DNA of 64,000 nucleotides from NCBI GenBank assembly GCA_964016885.1, contig OZ024757.1, forward strand, positions 4,960,001-5,024,000. Reading direction: 5' to 3'. Of the stretch, positions 38,966-51,500 are shown one piece after another (the stretch's first letter is position 1; each line of letters starts with the position of its first letter). The stretch is from Eledone cirrhosa. Lineage: Eukaryota. Under the pieces are notes generated by a model, which worked only from the letters and a program-made list of their open reading frames with translations, was not told the DNA's origin and did not search any database. Both the position numbers and the translations under genes were made by a program.

Positions 38966-41562
38966 TTTTTTTTTTATTTTTAAATATTGTAGCGGTTTTA
39001 TTGTGTTGTATCAGATGAAAGAATGGTATTTAACTAATGTATTGGTACGTGATAGGGCCCACCCACAGCCACGGTGGACAGAATGGAGAAGGCGTTTCCC
39101 CGGGAGACGCGCTGGAAAAGCCACTCCAACTCGTGGGGCTCACACCTACGGCTGGCCAGCTCAGCGCCTATGGGAGTGAGTAAGGAGGTAGCCCTGGAGC
39201 CGAGGACACCAGAAGTTTCCACTTCCAGGGGTACGACCGCAAACCTGTCGGAGAGCGACCGGTATTTGAGGAGTTTGGCCCCCTCAGCCCGACATGCAGC
39301 AGAACCTGGGCCAGTCGCAGACTGCACCAGGTTGCGGCTGCAGAAAGTGTCGGTGCAAGTGGCATCCCAGACGAGGGGTTTGCCACCGCGGAACGGGAAG
39401 ATGGTCATGCCATCTGGCCTTTTGCCGTCCCCTCGAGCTGGGAAGGGAAGCCTGCAGCGTCCAAGCCATGCTTAATAACCTCGTTGAGGGCAGTATGGCG
39501 TGGAATGCGGCCGGCACTGTGGCGACTTGAAAGCGGGTGGAGGCCGAAAGAGTTCACGGTGGAACCGCAGCGACATTGGTGTGGCTGGCAGATCCGGAGG
39601 CCGAGCCTCAGGGAAACGCCGAATCGCAGGCTATGGTTGTCTAGCTGCGTGCCAGTGGAGAAGGAAGGCAGAGCATGGAGCCAGGCACCACTGTGGGGTT
39701 TGGAGGCCGCACGAAAACAAGCAAGGCGGTGCTGGTCAACAGGAGAAGAAGGAGGAGCGAAGTCTACTGGGCTAAGTCCCAGCCGGTCCCACGTCTCACA
39801 GGCGGCCACACGTTCTCTGAACACAGAGGGTTCTGTTGTGTTTTGAAGAACTCTGCTGACGAGGACGCGGCATGAGGTTACCGACGAAAGATACGCCGGC
39901 AAAGCTAGTGAGATCGGGGACTGGAGGTGAAGGCCGCCATACCTGACCGGTAAAGCGGCCTGTTGCCACCCTATGTCGTCAAACTTGACGGTGCATATCC
40001 CCTCGGCTGCTGCTCGGATACAAGTATCGAGGTCAGCGAGGAGAGATGCCTGGGTGTATCATGGAGTGCTGCGGAGTGTATAGAGGGGCTTCGGCATGGC
40101 GAAACAGTTCCTCAGCAGAAAGAGAGCTGGGTGGCCGTCAATCAAGCCCAGTTGGCTCGTGAGAGTCTGGAAATTTTGAAGCCTGGACCTGATGGTGCAG
40201 CGGATGGCCGGCGGGTGGATCGGTGACCCGAGGATGAAGACATCCTCTTTGGGGGGTCACCTGAACCTGGGGTAGAATGGACCGCATGTCCAAGACGGAG
40301 GCTGCAAAGCTCCCAGCATCGAGGCTGACGTTCACCACCTCCGACTTAGCCGAGTTGACCTGGAGGCCGATTCCCGCCAGGGCAGGAATCACCAATTGAA
40401 GGTCTTGGCAGACCGTCCGTACGAGCCCGCCCAACGTAGCATCATCCAGATACCAAACGTTGAGACGGGCCGTGATACTCCGGGCGATGTGGTCAACACC
40501 AAGGGCGAACAGGAGGGGTCCCAAAGGGTCGCCTGTTGGACCCCCAGTAGCCGAGAGTATGACCGTATCAGCAGCTAGGAGCATGCTCGGGGCTCCATAT
40601 GACAGGTAGGCTAGGCAGAGGGGGCTCGGCTGAGGCAGGCCTCCAGCAGATGATCCCAGCGTAAAGAGTTGAAGGCATTCCTCATGTCAAGCTTGACAAT
40701 GAGGTGCCTGGAGTCCTTGGATGCCGGTACCGATGGGCAGCTGCTGAAGAACTGCCTGATTGCATGAGAGTCTCCCTCGCAGCCACCGGACACGCCGACA
40801 CCCAGTTGCACCGGAATAAACTCCTCACCCAGTTCGAGTGTGACGGACTTGCAGATCACCTTGGCAGCCAGCCTCCGGAAGACATTGCCCACAGCAATGG
40901 GGCGTATGCCACCCTCTTTCTTCCTGAGAGCGGTGAGTCTGGCTGAAAAAAAAAGGCCTCGGGTGTAAGAGTCGAGAGCACCATGAATGAGCCTATTGGT
41001 GAGCGTCACAATTGCATTCAGAAGGCGGCGCCCGGCCTCAGCAGAGAGGGGGGATGTCAACTCCCTGAGGTGGTCTGGTCGGAGACCATCAACACCTCCG
41101 CAGCTGCTAGCTGGGAAGGACCTGATGGCGGGCATGATATCTGCATCAGTAGCCACAAGGAGCAAGTGGGGGTCGGGTGGGAGTATGGGTCTGAGATCAG
41201 TGGGTGGCTCAGGGTGTTTGAGCCGCAGAGCAGCCAGGACTTCCTCGGTGGGTTCGAGGACAGTGCCCTCTGAGGCAACAACTCTGAGGCAACAACTCTG
41301 AGACATCACCCATGATAAGCTTTGCGTTTACCTGGTCACCCAAACGCTTGGCGCTGGCCTCGGGGGTGGAGGAGAGGGGGTAGCTGAGGTTGGGGTGTGT
41401 GGCGTCCCTGGGCACGCTTGGAATAGGCGCTCGCCCCAAATGACGAGACATTGCCCTTGACGAAGGCTGCTGTTAACCGGTCAGCGCCAGAGCTGGGGAG
41501 GCCGAGGGCGAATGGGGCGAAATAGAACAACCGCCCCCAGTCACTGGCTCGATTGGAGTCCT
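38966..41562 (-). mobile_element. Decayed CRE/R2-group non-LTR retrotransposon (RT + CCHC + restriction-like endonuclease)
   Basis: GIRPIAVGNVFRRL, KLDMRNAFNSL, GDPLGPLLF, WYLDD, HSGAWL, CRCG..HPLS, RH..LN, WDATCTDT, K..KY, PLEVETSG. GC-rich with many frameshifts. Poly(A) seen as a T-run at about 38966-38975. Confidence 0.88.
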
Positions 41563-41860
41563 TGTAATGGAACTCGTAGTAGACACAATTGTAAAGTAAG
41601 AATAGATATGACAGTGTAAGACTGATGTCGGGGAGAGAAAATTGTGTGTATCGTCTTCCTGTCTTCCTCCGGTTGCAACGTTTTTTGAAATATCCAGTTC
41701 TGCGTTAACAGATTGACTTTGTTAGTTTCAGAAGATCCCGTTAAGGGTGAAAGCAGCGATTCTTTGCTTAAACTTTAATTTGTTATTTTAATAAATATAT
41801 ATATATATATATATAATTGTTACACAAGAGATATAATTAGATTAATTAAAGTTATAATGG
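41562..41860 (-). repeat. Partial fifth copy of the ZNF upstream module with a ~145-bp insert
   Basis: Matches 29711-29855. The insert at 41651-41795 partly matches 9509-9590. Confidence 0.7.
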
Positions 41861-42789
41861 TTTCTTATTTAGGCACAAGGCCTGCAATTTGGGGGGAGGG
41901 GAAAGTCGATTAAATCGACCTAGTGCGTGACTGGTACTTTATTTTATCGACCGCGTAAGGATGAAAGGCAAAGTTAACCTCGGCAGGATTTGAACTCAGA
42001 CCAAATAATGATTCCATTTATTGGCCACAAGGGCCGACTCTCAGACCAAATAATAAAGACAGTCATGATAACAATAACCTGAAATATAGGATTACGTCGA
42101 GCGCTCTCCCTAATATTACATCAAGGTTGACTATACGGAATGACCAGTTCTATCCAGTGGTGAACCAACAAACCTAAATGTATATATATATAGGGAGAAT
42201 GATATTTTGATGGTCTTCCAGTTTATTCCGAAGTCTGTACAAAAGATTTACTGTTGATTGTATAACTAAACTTTGGAGATTTTAAACAAAAAACTAAGTT
42301 GTAATGGATAATATCACAGCTATTTCTAGCAGGTAGAGAGACTACGTAGAGGTTTTCTTATTGATGTATAATTGATATTTTACTGAGTTATACTTTCTGA
42401 CATACAATGAATTAAATACGATTGGAAGTGTGTCTGAATACATTAAATTATATCAGGGACTGTTAACGTATGACACCGGTAAGGGAGTTAAATCATTTCC
42501 AACGACACCGTGTACTTGCTGTTTACTATAACTTTAATTAATCTAATTATATCTTGTGTAACAATTATATATATATATATATATACACAATTTTAATTCC
42601 CCGACATCAGACTTACACTGTCATATCTATTCTTACTTTACAATTGTGTCTACTAAGAGTTCCATTACAATCTGTAGTAGTAAAACTACTATTTCACCAG
42701 AACATCTGCTATCAGTCATTTATAGACAATATATATATTTTAGACCACATATCAACCTAATATATATATATGTCCTGTTAAATCTGTAG

Positions 42790-42988
42790 CTAAAGACATA
42801 AAGTCAGCCTCACTACTTCATTCTGACAAGATATCAATTTATGACTAAAGATGAAGAAGTTACACCAACGGTAATGTCGTGAAATAAAGCTGATAACATT
42901 GAAACTTCTAATTTGATAACAAAGAGATTATTTCTTTGGTTGTTTAGTAACAACTAACAACACAACACATTGATTATATGTGAAGGAG
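42790..42988 (+). other. Predicted non-coding 5' exon of ZNF-4
   Basis: CTGTAG|CTAAAG ... GAAGGAG|GTAAGT. A possible upstream donor CCG|GTAAGG lies at 42478/42479. Confidence 0.6.
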
Positions 42989-43396
42989 GTAAGTTGACAA
43001 AGATTTCCTTAATGTCTATATTAATGTGTGTAAATAATATAATTATGTGAACCCTACAACGATCCAGTAATTAACCAGATTCCACTGTTACATGTGATAT
43101 AAAATATATTGTTATCATGACTGTCTTTATTAATTAAATTATCTCCGTATATTTAATTATCTTGTTCACTACCTTACATAATAAAATATATTTTATATTT
43201 AACTGTACCTTGTTATTGCTTTAAGTAAATTAAAGATATCTTTATTATTTAAATTACCTCCGTCTATTTAATTATGTGGTTCACTACCTTACATTATAAA
43301 ATATAGTTTATATTTAGCTGTACCTTGTTGCTGTTTCAGGGAAGTTTTGTTCGTTTTAGTCTAAATCTATGTTGATTTAATTTACTTCATCTCCAC

Positions 43397-44525
43397 CACA
43401 GGTTCTCAACCCATTTAGGCCAAACGCCCGCTTTTCTCCCTCGAATTCATGAAACGCCCCTCCGCCACCGTATTTTTTCCTTTTTTCAATATACTACTGA
43501 TTTTTATATCAGTAGTTTACTAAAAAATTGATTAACAATATTCCAAACACGTGTGTATTATCTGATTATGTGTTGTATGTGGTGCTAGATGTGTGTATTA
43601 TCTGATTATGTGTTGTATGTGGTCCTAGATGTGTGTATTATCTGATTATGTGTTGTATGTGGTCCTAGATGTGTGTATTATCTGATGATGTGTTGTATGT
43701 GGTCCTAGATGTGTGTATTATCTGATTATGTGTTGTATGTGGTCCTAGATGTGTGTATTATCTGATTATGTGTTGTATGTGGTGCTAGATGTGCGTATTA
43801 TCTGATTATGTGTTGTATGTGGTCCTAGATGTGTGTATTATCTGATTATGTGTTGTATGTGGTGCTAGATGTGTGTATTATCTGATGATGTGTTGTATGT
43901 GGTCCTAGATGTGTGTATTATCTGATTATGTGTTGTATGTGGTCCTAGATGTGTGTATTATCTGATTATGTGTTGTATGTGGTGCTAGATGTGTGTATTA
44001 TTTGATTATGTGTTGTATGTGGTGCTAGATGTGTGTATTATCTGATTATGTGTTGTATGTGGTCCTAGATGTGTGTTCTACTCGCTTCTGTTTTTTTCTT
44101 TTCTTTTTTCTATTTGTAATATTATTTATACAATAGGGAATAAAATAGATCTACATAGTGTTAACGCGTTACGGTTGAGTCAATAATTTCAGACAAGATT
44201 CTAACTGTCTGCGCTCAAAGTGTCTTTGACCCAGGTGACTGTGGGTTTTTCCATTTTTAGTATCTCAATTACCGGTTAACGTCTCAATTACCGGACATGC
44301 CTGCGCAGCTGCTCACATCTGCAGACAACATAACTATAGTCTGACCGCAGGTGTGCAGGCATGTCCGGTAATTGAGATCCTAAAAATGGAAAAACCCAGC
44401 GCCCCCTAGCCCCCTCCCCCAGCTCCAAACGCCCCCCTAACGCGACATTGCTCCCAAACGCCCCCCTGGAGTTCTGAAAATGCCCCTCCCCCCTGGTTGC
44501 ACATGGCCCCCATTGAGAACCTTTG
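43397..44525. mobile_element. Non-autonomous hAT-type DNA transposon with 8-bp TSD
   Basis: TIRs CACAGGTTCTCAA / TTGAGAACCTTTG. TSD ATCTCCAC (43389-43396) / ATCTACAC (44526-44533). Empty site in the duplicate at about 5523-5530. Confidence 0.85.
43551..44075. repeat. 40-bp tandem repeat x13 inside the hAT element
   Basis: Unit GTGTGTATTATCTGATTATGTGTTGTATGTGGT(C/G)CTAGAT. Confidence 0.95.
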
Positions 44526-46629
44526 ATCTACACCATCATAGTTTTACGTCCATTTTTCAATCCTGGCATGGGTTGGTGGGTCCTTTTAAGCACATCTCCC
44601 CACTCGCTTGTTCCTTCGTCATCTGTGAGTCTCAGCAATTTGAGATCAGCTCTCACCACATCTACCCTCGGCTCCCTCTAGTATGGCTTCCCTCCTCTGG
44701 TTTTCCGTGGCACTTCTTTAACCAATTACTTCCTCATTTTATCCAAGCTCTGCCTTCCTCTCACATTTACGTTGCACACCCAACGAAGCATGGTTGCTCC
44801 ATTTCTCTCCAGCTTATGCATGTCTTCTGCAGTTACTGCCCATGTTTCACTTCCATGCAGTATTGCACTTTACACACAAGCATTGTACAGCCAAGATTTT
44901 TTGTACGTAGGGAGAAACCTGTATTTGCCAACAGTGTAAGTAGCTCTCTAAACTACAATCCTATCCTCTCTTACGAGGCACCCTCCTCTGCTGCTAATTA
45001 GGTTACCTAGATAGCGGAAGCTATCATTGTGTACAGTTTATGCCTACTTCTTTCCTACATATGCAGTAGGGTCACTTATTCTCTAGTTCTTTTATGGATT
45101 CAGCTATAAGGACGAGATCATTCACATAGACCTTTTCTCGTGAACAGCCAGTCTTAAACCCATTGGTTATGGCCTGGAGAACTATGATGAACAGCAGTGG
45201 GTTGTGAACTGAACCATGATGAACACCTACCTGCACATTGAATTCTTCACTAAACCCCCTTCCTACTCTTGCTTTACTGACAGCTCCTCTGTACATGACT
45301 TGCACTGCTCTCAAAAGCCATTCTCCACCTAATTTTCTGAAGGACCACCAGATAATAGAGTAAGGTACTCTGTCAAAGGCCTTTTCTAGATCTATAAAAG
45401 CTAAATATTGCAGCTTAATCTTGGCTAGGAACCTCTCTTGTCGTTGTGTCACTAACAAGTTTCATCAGTAATTCCAAAGAGAATGTCAATTATATGTGTG
45501 TGTGTGTTGAACAATGAACATAAAACAAAAGTCTAAGATTGCTTCTTAATTTATTCTCTGCATTCATCAATCTCTCATAGTAACATTTCAAGGCCTCTTT
45601 CTTTTGAGCATCAGTGGTGAAAAGTGTACCAATGTCATTTCTAACACACCTTTCCCTGTCTTGCAATGTGGAACACTTCACACCTCTGATTCTCATGTCT
45701 CAATACGTTGGCAAACTTTCTTTTTCAGCCTCTCTCTGTGTTATGTATACCTGTCTTCTAGCTTCTCTCTTAGCTACCTGGTCCTGGTCTGACGCCCCTA
45801 TTTTTCCAGTCTTTCCATGCCTGTCACTTGTCTTTAACCCTTTATCATTTAAACTGGCCGTATCCAGCCAGAATTCTCTCACTTCTTTCTGTTCAAACCG
45901 GCTGTAAATCGCTGCTCATATTGATGTTAATGTATTGTCCTCAAAATAAGTAATATCAAAGTCTCATAGATTCAATATTATGTGAGATAAAGACTTTACC
46001 ATGAAAATATAATAGTAAATATAGAGTAATGTAAATGCTACAGGGTTAATAGCTCTATCTACTGTGCTGTTTCACCACTAGGTCACCCTCTGCTGGCTGG
46101 CACTTTGTTCTAGCCACAAGTCTTATCAATTATTCCAAAGAAATTGTCAATTATATATGTGTGTTTGTGGGTATTGAACATTGAAAATAAAACAAAAGTC
46201 TGAGATATGGTTCATTGTTTTACAATCGTTTCAGAGGGTTGATTGATCATGGTAAATCAATATATTGATACAGTGTGATTGATCAGGGATTTTGAGACTA
46301 GAAATATTTAGTGACATAACAACTACCTGTTTGTCAATATATCAATCTACCATGATCAATCAAACCTCTGAAATGATCGTAAAACAATGAACTAATTAAG
46401 AACATATCTTTATCTCTAGTTTTACTTTCATTGTTCAAAACACACACATATATATATAAATGACTGTAACTCTAGAAGAATCTTTGAAGAAACCTTATGT
46501 GATAAGATCCTACTACAAAAACTATAACTTTCATCACCCAATCTTGTTGAAACCAGCTCTTCAAGGCTGCAATGTGTTCTAACAATGTTATCGGTCTCTC
46601 CCTAAACACTGGAATACTAGTATATAGTA

Positions 46630-48620
46630 TAAGGGTGGGACAGGTCCTATTCAGCACAGCATCTCTCCACTTGTCATCTCCTCGGTGAGTTTTAGCGATC
46701 TGAGGTCTTCTCTCACCACCTCCGCCCATGTTTTACGTGGTCTACCTCTTCTGCGTCTTCCTACTACTGGGATTATTTGGCACTTCTTTACCCAGTGGTC
46801 ACATGTCCATACCATCTCAGTCTTCTCTCCTGCACACCACAACTTATCCCTCTAATACCCAGTTTCTTTCTCAACTCGTCTATGCTTGGTCGTTCACACA
46901 CATTGACATTGCACATCCAATGGAGCATGCTTGCTTCTCTCCAGCCGTCACATATCCTTTGCAGTTGCTGCCCATGTCTTACTATCATGCAGCATCGCAC
47001 ATCGGCATCATATAACCATCCTTTCGTATGCAGAGACAAACCCTTCTTTGTCAACAGAGAAAGCAGCTCCCTAAACTTCTTCCAACTCGTCCTTATTCTA
47101 GATACTATGGCCTCGGAACACCCCTCCCATGATAATCTGATCACCTATTTAGCAGTATTAGTTATAGATGTTATCGCCACTTTAGCAGGGTGGTAGAATC
47201 AGTGGTCGTTAGTTGCCAGTGTGGTAAGTGATAGTATCCTCGTTGGATTATCTTGTTGACATAGACGTGAGGGAAGGTCCCTCGATCTATTTACCATCTA
47301 TTTACAATATTCCTTTCGGCAGGTCGCCAATTCCAGCAGCATGGATTAAAGATGTCATTGAGACACGAGTAACATAACAACGACTTCAACCGCAGTAATT
47401 AGAGATGAAATGTTTGTTTATTTATATGGTTGAAGTTACAGATAAAAAGAGGTTACAAAAGGGAATGTGCCAATGCGCCGTTAAGCCGGCGAGGCTAGGG
47501 GTGCAATATCTCACCGCTACATTATGCGTGTTGCTGGCTCGAAGTTTCTGGTACAAGAGCGAGATTCTTCAAATCTTCGCGGTGAATTTCTTCCTCAGGG
47601 CGCGTAGGGATACATCCTCTTCTACTGGCGCTGATTGGCTGAACTGAGCCAAATCACGCACAGAGAATGTATGTGAGCCCGCGGAATGTAGGTCACTACA
47701 CCTAGGTACCGGAAGCTATCAACCACATCTCTAGAACCCACCTGTATTTGAAAAATGTGTTTATCACTGCGATTACTACTGCCAACTTTCCCTATACATC
47801 TACTGCATACATAGTTATCCCTACCTGTTTGTTTGCCTGCTATCCCACTATATCTCTTGTGTACCCAACATCTACATTGCGTACATTTTATGGAATTTAT
47901 GCCAGTTCCTTTCCCACATATTGAACATGGCCATTTCCACGATGGAATCAGAGTTTTGTCCTCTTTTCTACTTATCAACACTTTTGTTTAAGCTATGTTC
48001 ATTCTCAGGCCTCTTGATTCCAACTGCTATTTCCATAGCCAGAATTTATTCTCTAACCCCTCTACTGATTCACTGATTCTGCTATAAGAACCAGATCATC
48101 AGCATAGAGAAGTTCCCATGGGCATCCAGTCTTAAACTCCTCTGTTATGGCTTTTAGGCCTATAACGAACAAGAGTGGGCTGAGGACCGAACCTTGACGT
48201 ACACCTACTTGTATCTGGAATTCCTCACTAAACTCCATTCCTACCCTCACTTTACTGACAGCACCCCTGTACATAGCTAGCACTGTCCTCACAAGGCATT
48301 CCTCTACACCTAGTTTCCTTAGGGACCACCAGATGACAGATCAGGGTACCCTATCAAAGGCCCTCTCTAGGTCAACAAAAGATATGTATAGTGACTTATT
48401 CTTCTCTAAGAACCTCTCTTGTAGTTGCCTCACTATGAAGAGGGTTTCTGTTGTACTTTTACCGAGGCACAAAACCAAACTGCATCTCATCTAAATTGAC
48501 CCTTTCTCTAATCAGCTGCGCTAATATTCTCTCTGCCACTTTCATAACCTGATCCATCAGCTTTATGCCCCTCTAATTGCTCCTCTCTAGAGCATCCCCT
48601 TTACCTTTGTAGCAATTTAT
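46630..48620 (-). mobile_element. RTE LINE fragment (duplicate of 2180-3632), interrupted by a solo LTR
   Basis: ORFs 48062-48292 (YADD), 47622-47981 and 46788-47144. Confidence 0.9.
47148..47700. mobile_element. Putative solo LTR (553 bp) with 4-bp TSD CCTA
   Basis: Absent from the duplicate (GATCACCTAGGTACC empty site near 3075). Ends TTTAG...CTACA. CCTA on both sides. AATAAA on the minus strand near 47417. Confidence 0.7.
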
Positions 48621-49199
48621 AAGAATACTGCTGTACCTACATTATATGCTTTCATTATACCATTCTACTTAGATTATATATATTGCTTGTCATCATCATC
48701 ATCGTTTAACGTCTACCTTCCACGCTGGCATGGGTCTAGACGGGAATTGTCCCACTTGAGGCAAGATTGGTCGGGTGACCGTATCTCACTTCTATAGGAC
48801 TAGATGGCGGGTTTTCTATGGCTGGATATCCTTCCTAACACCAACCACGTTTACAGTGTGGACTGGGAGGTTTTTACCATGTTACCTACACGGCCACATT
48901 ACAGCGTGGACTGTGTGTTTTTTTGTTGTGACACCTACACGATCTCATTTATTTAGGACTGGATGTTGTGGTACCAACATAACTTTACAGAGATAGGGTG
49001 GTGTTGGTGGGGGTTGGATAGTGGGATGGGGGTGTATATTTGGTTAAGAAGTGCCTACTGACTGTAGGTTTCGCTTTGTACATAGGCAAGGCGGATCTTC
49101 TGTATTACTGAGTAGCGCCAAAGATCTCAGTCCAGTGACATTGTCTTAATGTATATATATATATATATACACACAATTATATATATATAAATATATATA

Positions 49200-49697
49200 T
49201 AAAATACGTAATTTAGAAAGCCACAACAATGCAGAGGGAAATCTCGAGGTAGGAAGTGAATGATAGATAGGAGAATAGGATAAAGTGAAAATTGAGAGAG
49301 ACAAAGATGAAAACAAAACAAAGGTAGAAGGGTTACCGTAGTGGAGATTTAATCCCAATATTTCGGGCTCACGCCCATCAACGGGGTAAGAGTTCCAAAA
49401 GGGGGGGAACAGGCTAGGCGGAGAAAGTTGTGATGTCGTTAAAACAGGAATGTTTTAACGACATCACAACTTTCTCCGCCTAGCCTGTTCCCCCCCTTTT
49501 GGAACTCTTACCCCGTTGATGGGCGTGAGCCCGAAATATTGGGATTAAATCTCCACTACGGTAACCTTTCTACCTTTGTTTTGTTTTCATCTTTGTCTCT
49601 CTCAATTTTCACTTTATCCTATTCTCCTATCTATCATTCACTTCCTACCTCGAGATTTCCCTCTGCATTGTTGTGGCTTTCTAAATTACGTATTTTA
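49200..49697. repeat. Near-perfect palindrome, 247-bp arms with 4-nt loop GGAA
   Basis: Arms 49200-49446 and 49451-49697 are reverse complements. One mismatch noticed (GAAGGGTT vs GAAAGGTT). Confidence 0.95.
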
Positions 49698-49894
49698 CAC
49701 ATTTCACAATGCTTCAAGCAAACTTTAACACCCTCTTAAATATATATATATATATTGTTATACTTTGGGAGGGTCATGTTGCCAATAAGAAACACACGCA
49801 CCAGTTGCTTTCACTTCAATTTATTATATATTTATAAATTTATTTATAAATATATTTATAAATATATTTATAAATATATTTATAAATTTATAAA

Positions 49895-50566
49895 TTGGAA
49901 AAAATGGTAAATAATGACATAAATGGGACCTGCCCCTTGTATAGGAGCAAATTTTGGAATAGAATAGAAAGAACTAGGAACAAGGCCAATAGAATAAACT
50001 CATGGTATGATAGCAATAAATACCAGAGTGTAATGTTCATCAATACAACCCCTAGAGGCGAACTAGCCTACAAATTTAGAAGGGCCCTAAATAAACATAA
50101 ACTCAATATTAAGATAGTAGAAAGACCAGGTACCTCCGTAAAAACACTTATTAGCAAGACATACCCGTTCCAAAGACCCTCATGCATAGATAAGAAATGT
50201 ATAACCTGTAAAATAAGCCCCCATATTAACTGTAAAACTAGAAATGTAGTGTATAGCATAAGATGTACTGAAGGACAATGTAGAAACAAAAATATAGTGT
50301 ACATAGGTGAGACAGCTCGTAGTATAGGGGAACGGATAAATGAACACTGGCGAGACCTTCAAGATAATAAAGAATCATTTGTACTCTACCAACATGCTAA
50401 GATAGAACACAAGGGTAAATTAGAGAACATAGAAATAAAAATAGAATCCACAAACAGAAAAGATGCAATGTTTAGGCAAATTACAGAGGCAGTAAGCATA
50501 AAAGAATTACAACCAAAATTAAATAGAAAATATGAGTGGAACAGCATCATCACAACTTACAATTAA
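49895..50566 (+). CDS. Penelope ORF C-terminus: Cys-rich linker plus GIY-YIG endonuclease (no RT core)
   Basis: NVVYSIRC....C.....YIGETARSIGERINEH...LYQH...EH...R.I.EA..I....P.LN motif set. Confidence 0.85.
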   Translation: MEKMVNNDINGTCPLYRSKFWNRIERTRNKANRINSWYDSNKYQSVMFINTTPRGELAYKFRRALNKHKLNIKIVERPGTSVKTLISKTYPFQRPSCIDKKCITCKISPHINCKTRNVVYSIRCTEGQCRNKNIVYIGETARSIGERINEHWRDLQDNKESFVLYQHAKIEHKGKLENIEIKIESTNRKDAMFRQITEAVSIKELQPKLNRKYEWNSIITTYN

Positions 50567-50762
50567 GGACAAAATGAAAACACACACACACATAGAACAA
50601 ACAACCAACCAACAATAAATAAATAAACAAATAGATAAATGAACACAAACACACACAGACACCCGGATGTGGCGCATGCGCAAACTGGGCACACAACACA
50701 CAGAAACAAAATAGCGTAGGACAGAAGAAAGGAAAGGCACAGAAACAAAGAAAGGAATCCCC

Positions 50763-50807
50763 AGTCACTGAAGAGGTCACAGAGTGTGTGACGAAAGGAC
50801 TATGACT
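50763..50807 (+). ncRNA. Minimal type I hammerhead ribozyme motif in the Penelope pLTR
   Basis: AGUCA-CUGAAGA-G-GUCACA(gagug)UGUGAC-GAAA-GGAC-UA-UGACU: stem I AGUCA/UGACU, 6-bp stem II, very short stem III. Predicted cleavage after 50802. Confidence 0.75.
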
Positions 50808-51292
50808 ATATATAAACAACTATCTGGTTGTGGAACCAACCAACCAACCAACCAGAAACTTATAAGTTTGTAGATTTGTAAATTTATAAATTTATAAATA
50901 TATAATAAATTGAAGTGAAAGCAACTGGTGCGTGTGTTTCTTATTGGCAACATGACCCTCCCAAAGTATAACAATATCGGTTTCAACACACAATTTCAGA
51001 TAAAGAATCTTGCTAAACAAATTCAGAAACGAAATATATATATATATATAAGTGTGTGTGTGTTAAACTGTTTATATACACGCATTATTCAACCTGCCCT
51101 TTGTTTTGAGGAAAAAGCCTTTAGTAAGTTGCCATGGTAGTAGCATCCTGAACCTTTTCCATTCCATGTTCACTCAGGCTGCTCTACTTTCAGAACATCC
51201 CCCTCCACTGATGATATCATCACCCAGGTAACAGAAGCTGTCTACCTCTTCTATGTGACCCACCAACAGTTTGTTAGGGCTTGTTTCCTGTG

Positions 51293-51500
51293 AAGGCGTG
51301 TGGCTGAGTGGTTAGAGAATTGGATTCGCAATCGTGAGGTTGTGAGTTCGATTCACTGACCGGGTGATGCGTTATATCCTTGAGCAAGACATTTTATTTC
51401 ACATTGCTCCTTCTACCTGGAGTTGTGACTGACAGATAGTATTAGCAATTGGAAAGACCAATGGAAACATTGTTTCCTCGGTCCAATTTGACGAGAGTCA
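51293..51500 (+). mobile_element. tRNA-derived SINE (family B), duplicate of 1155-1362
   Basis: TGGCTGAGTGG A-box and GAGTTCGATTC B-box. Confidence 0.75.

Larger units (their letters stand above)
49752..51034 (+). mobile_element. 5'-truncated Penelope-like element with inverted pLTR fragment
   Basis: GIY-YIG ORF followed by a pLTR. 49752-49840 is the reverse complement of about 50888-50977. Inserted in a (TA)n tract that is empty in the duplicate (about 1607-1620). Confidence 0.88.

Noticed and set aside
51293-51365. Possible tRNA gene
   Set aside because: A/B boxes are present, but it continues into a SINE body found in several diverged copies and I could not fold a convincing cloverleaf.
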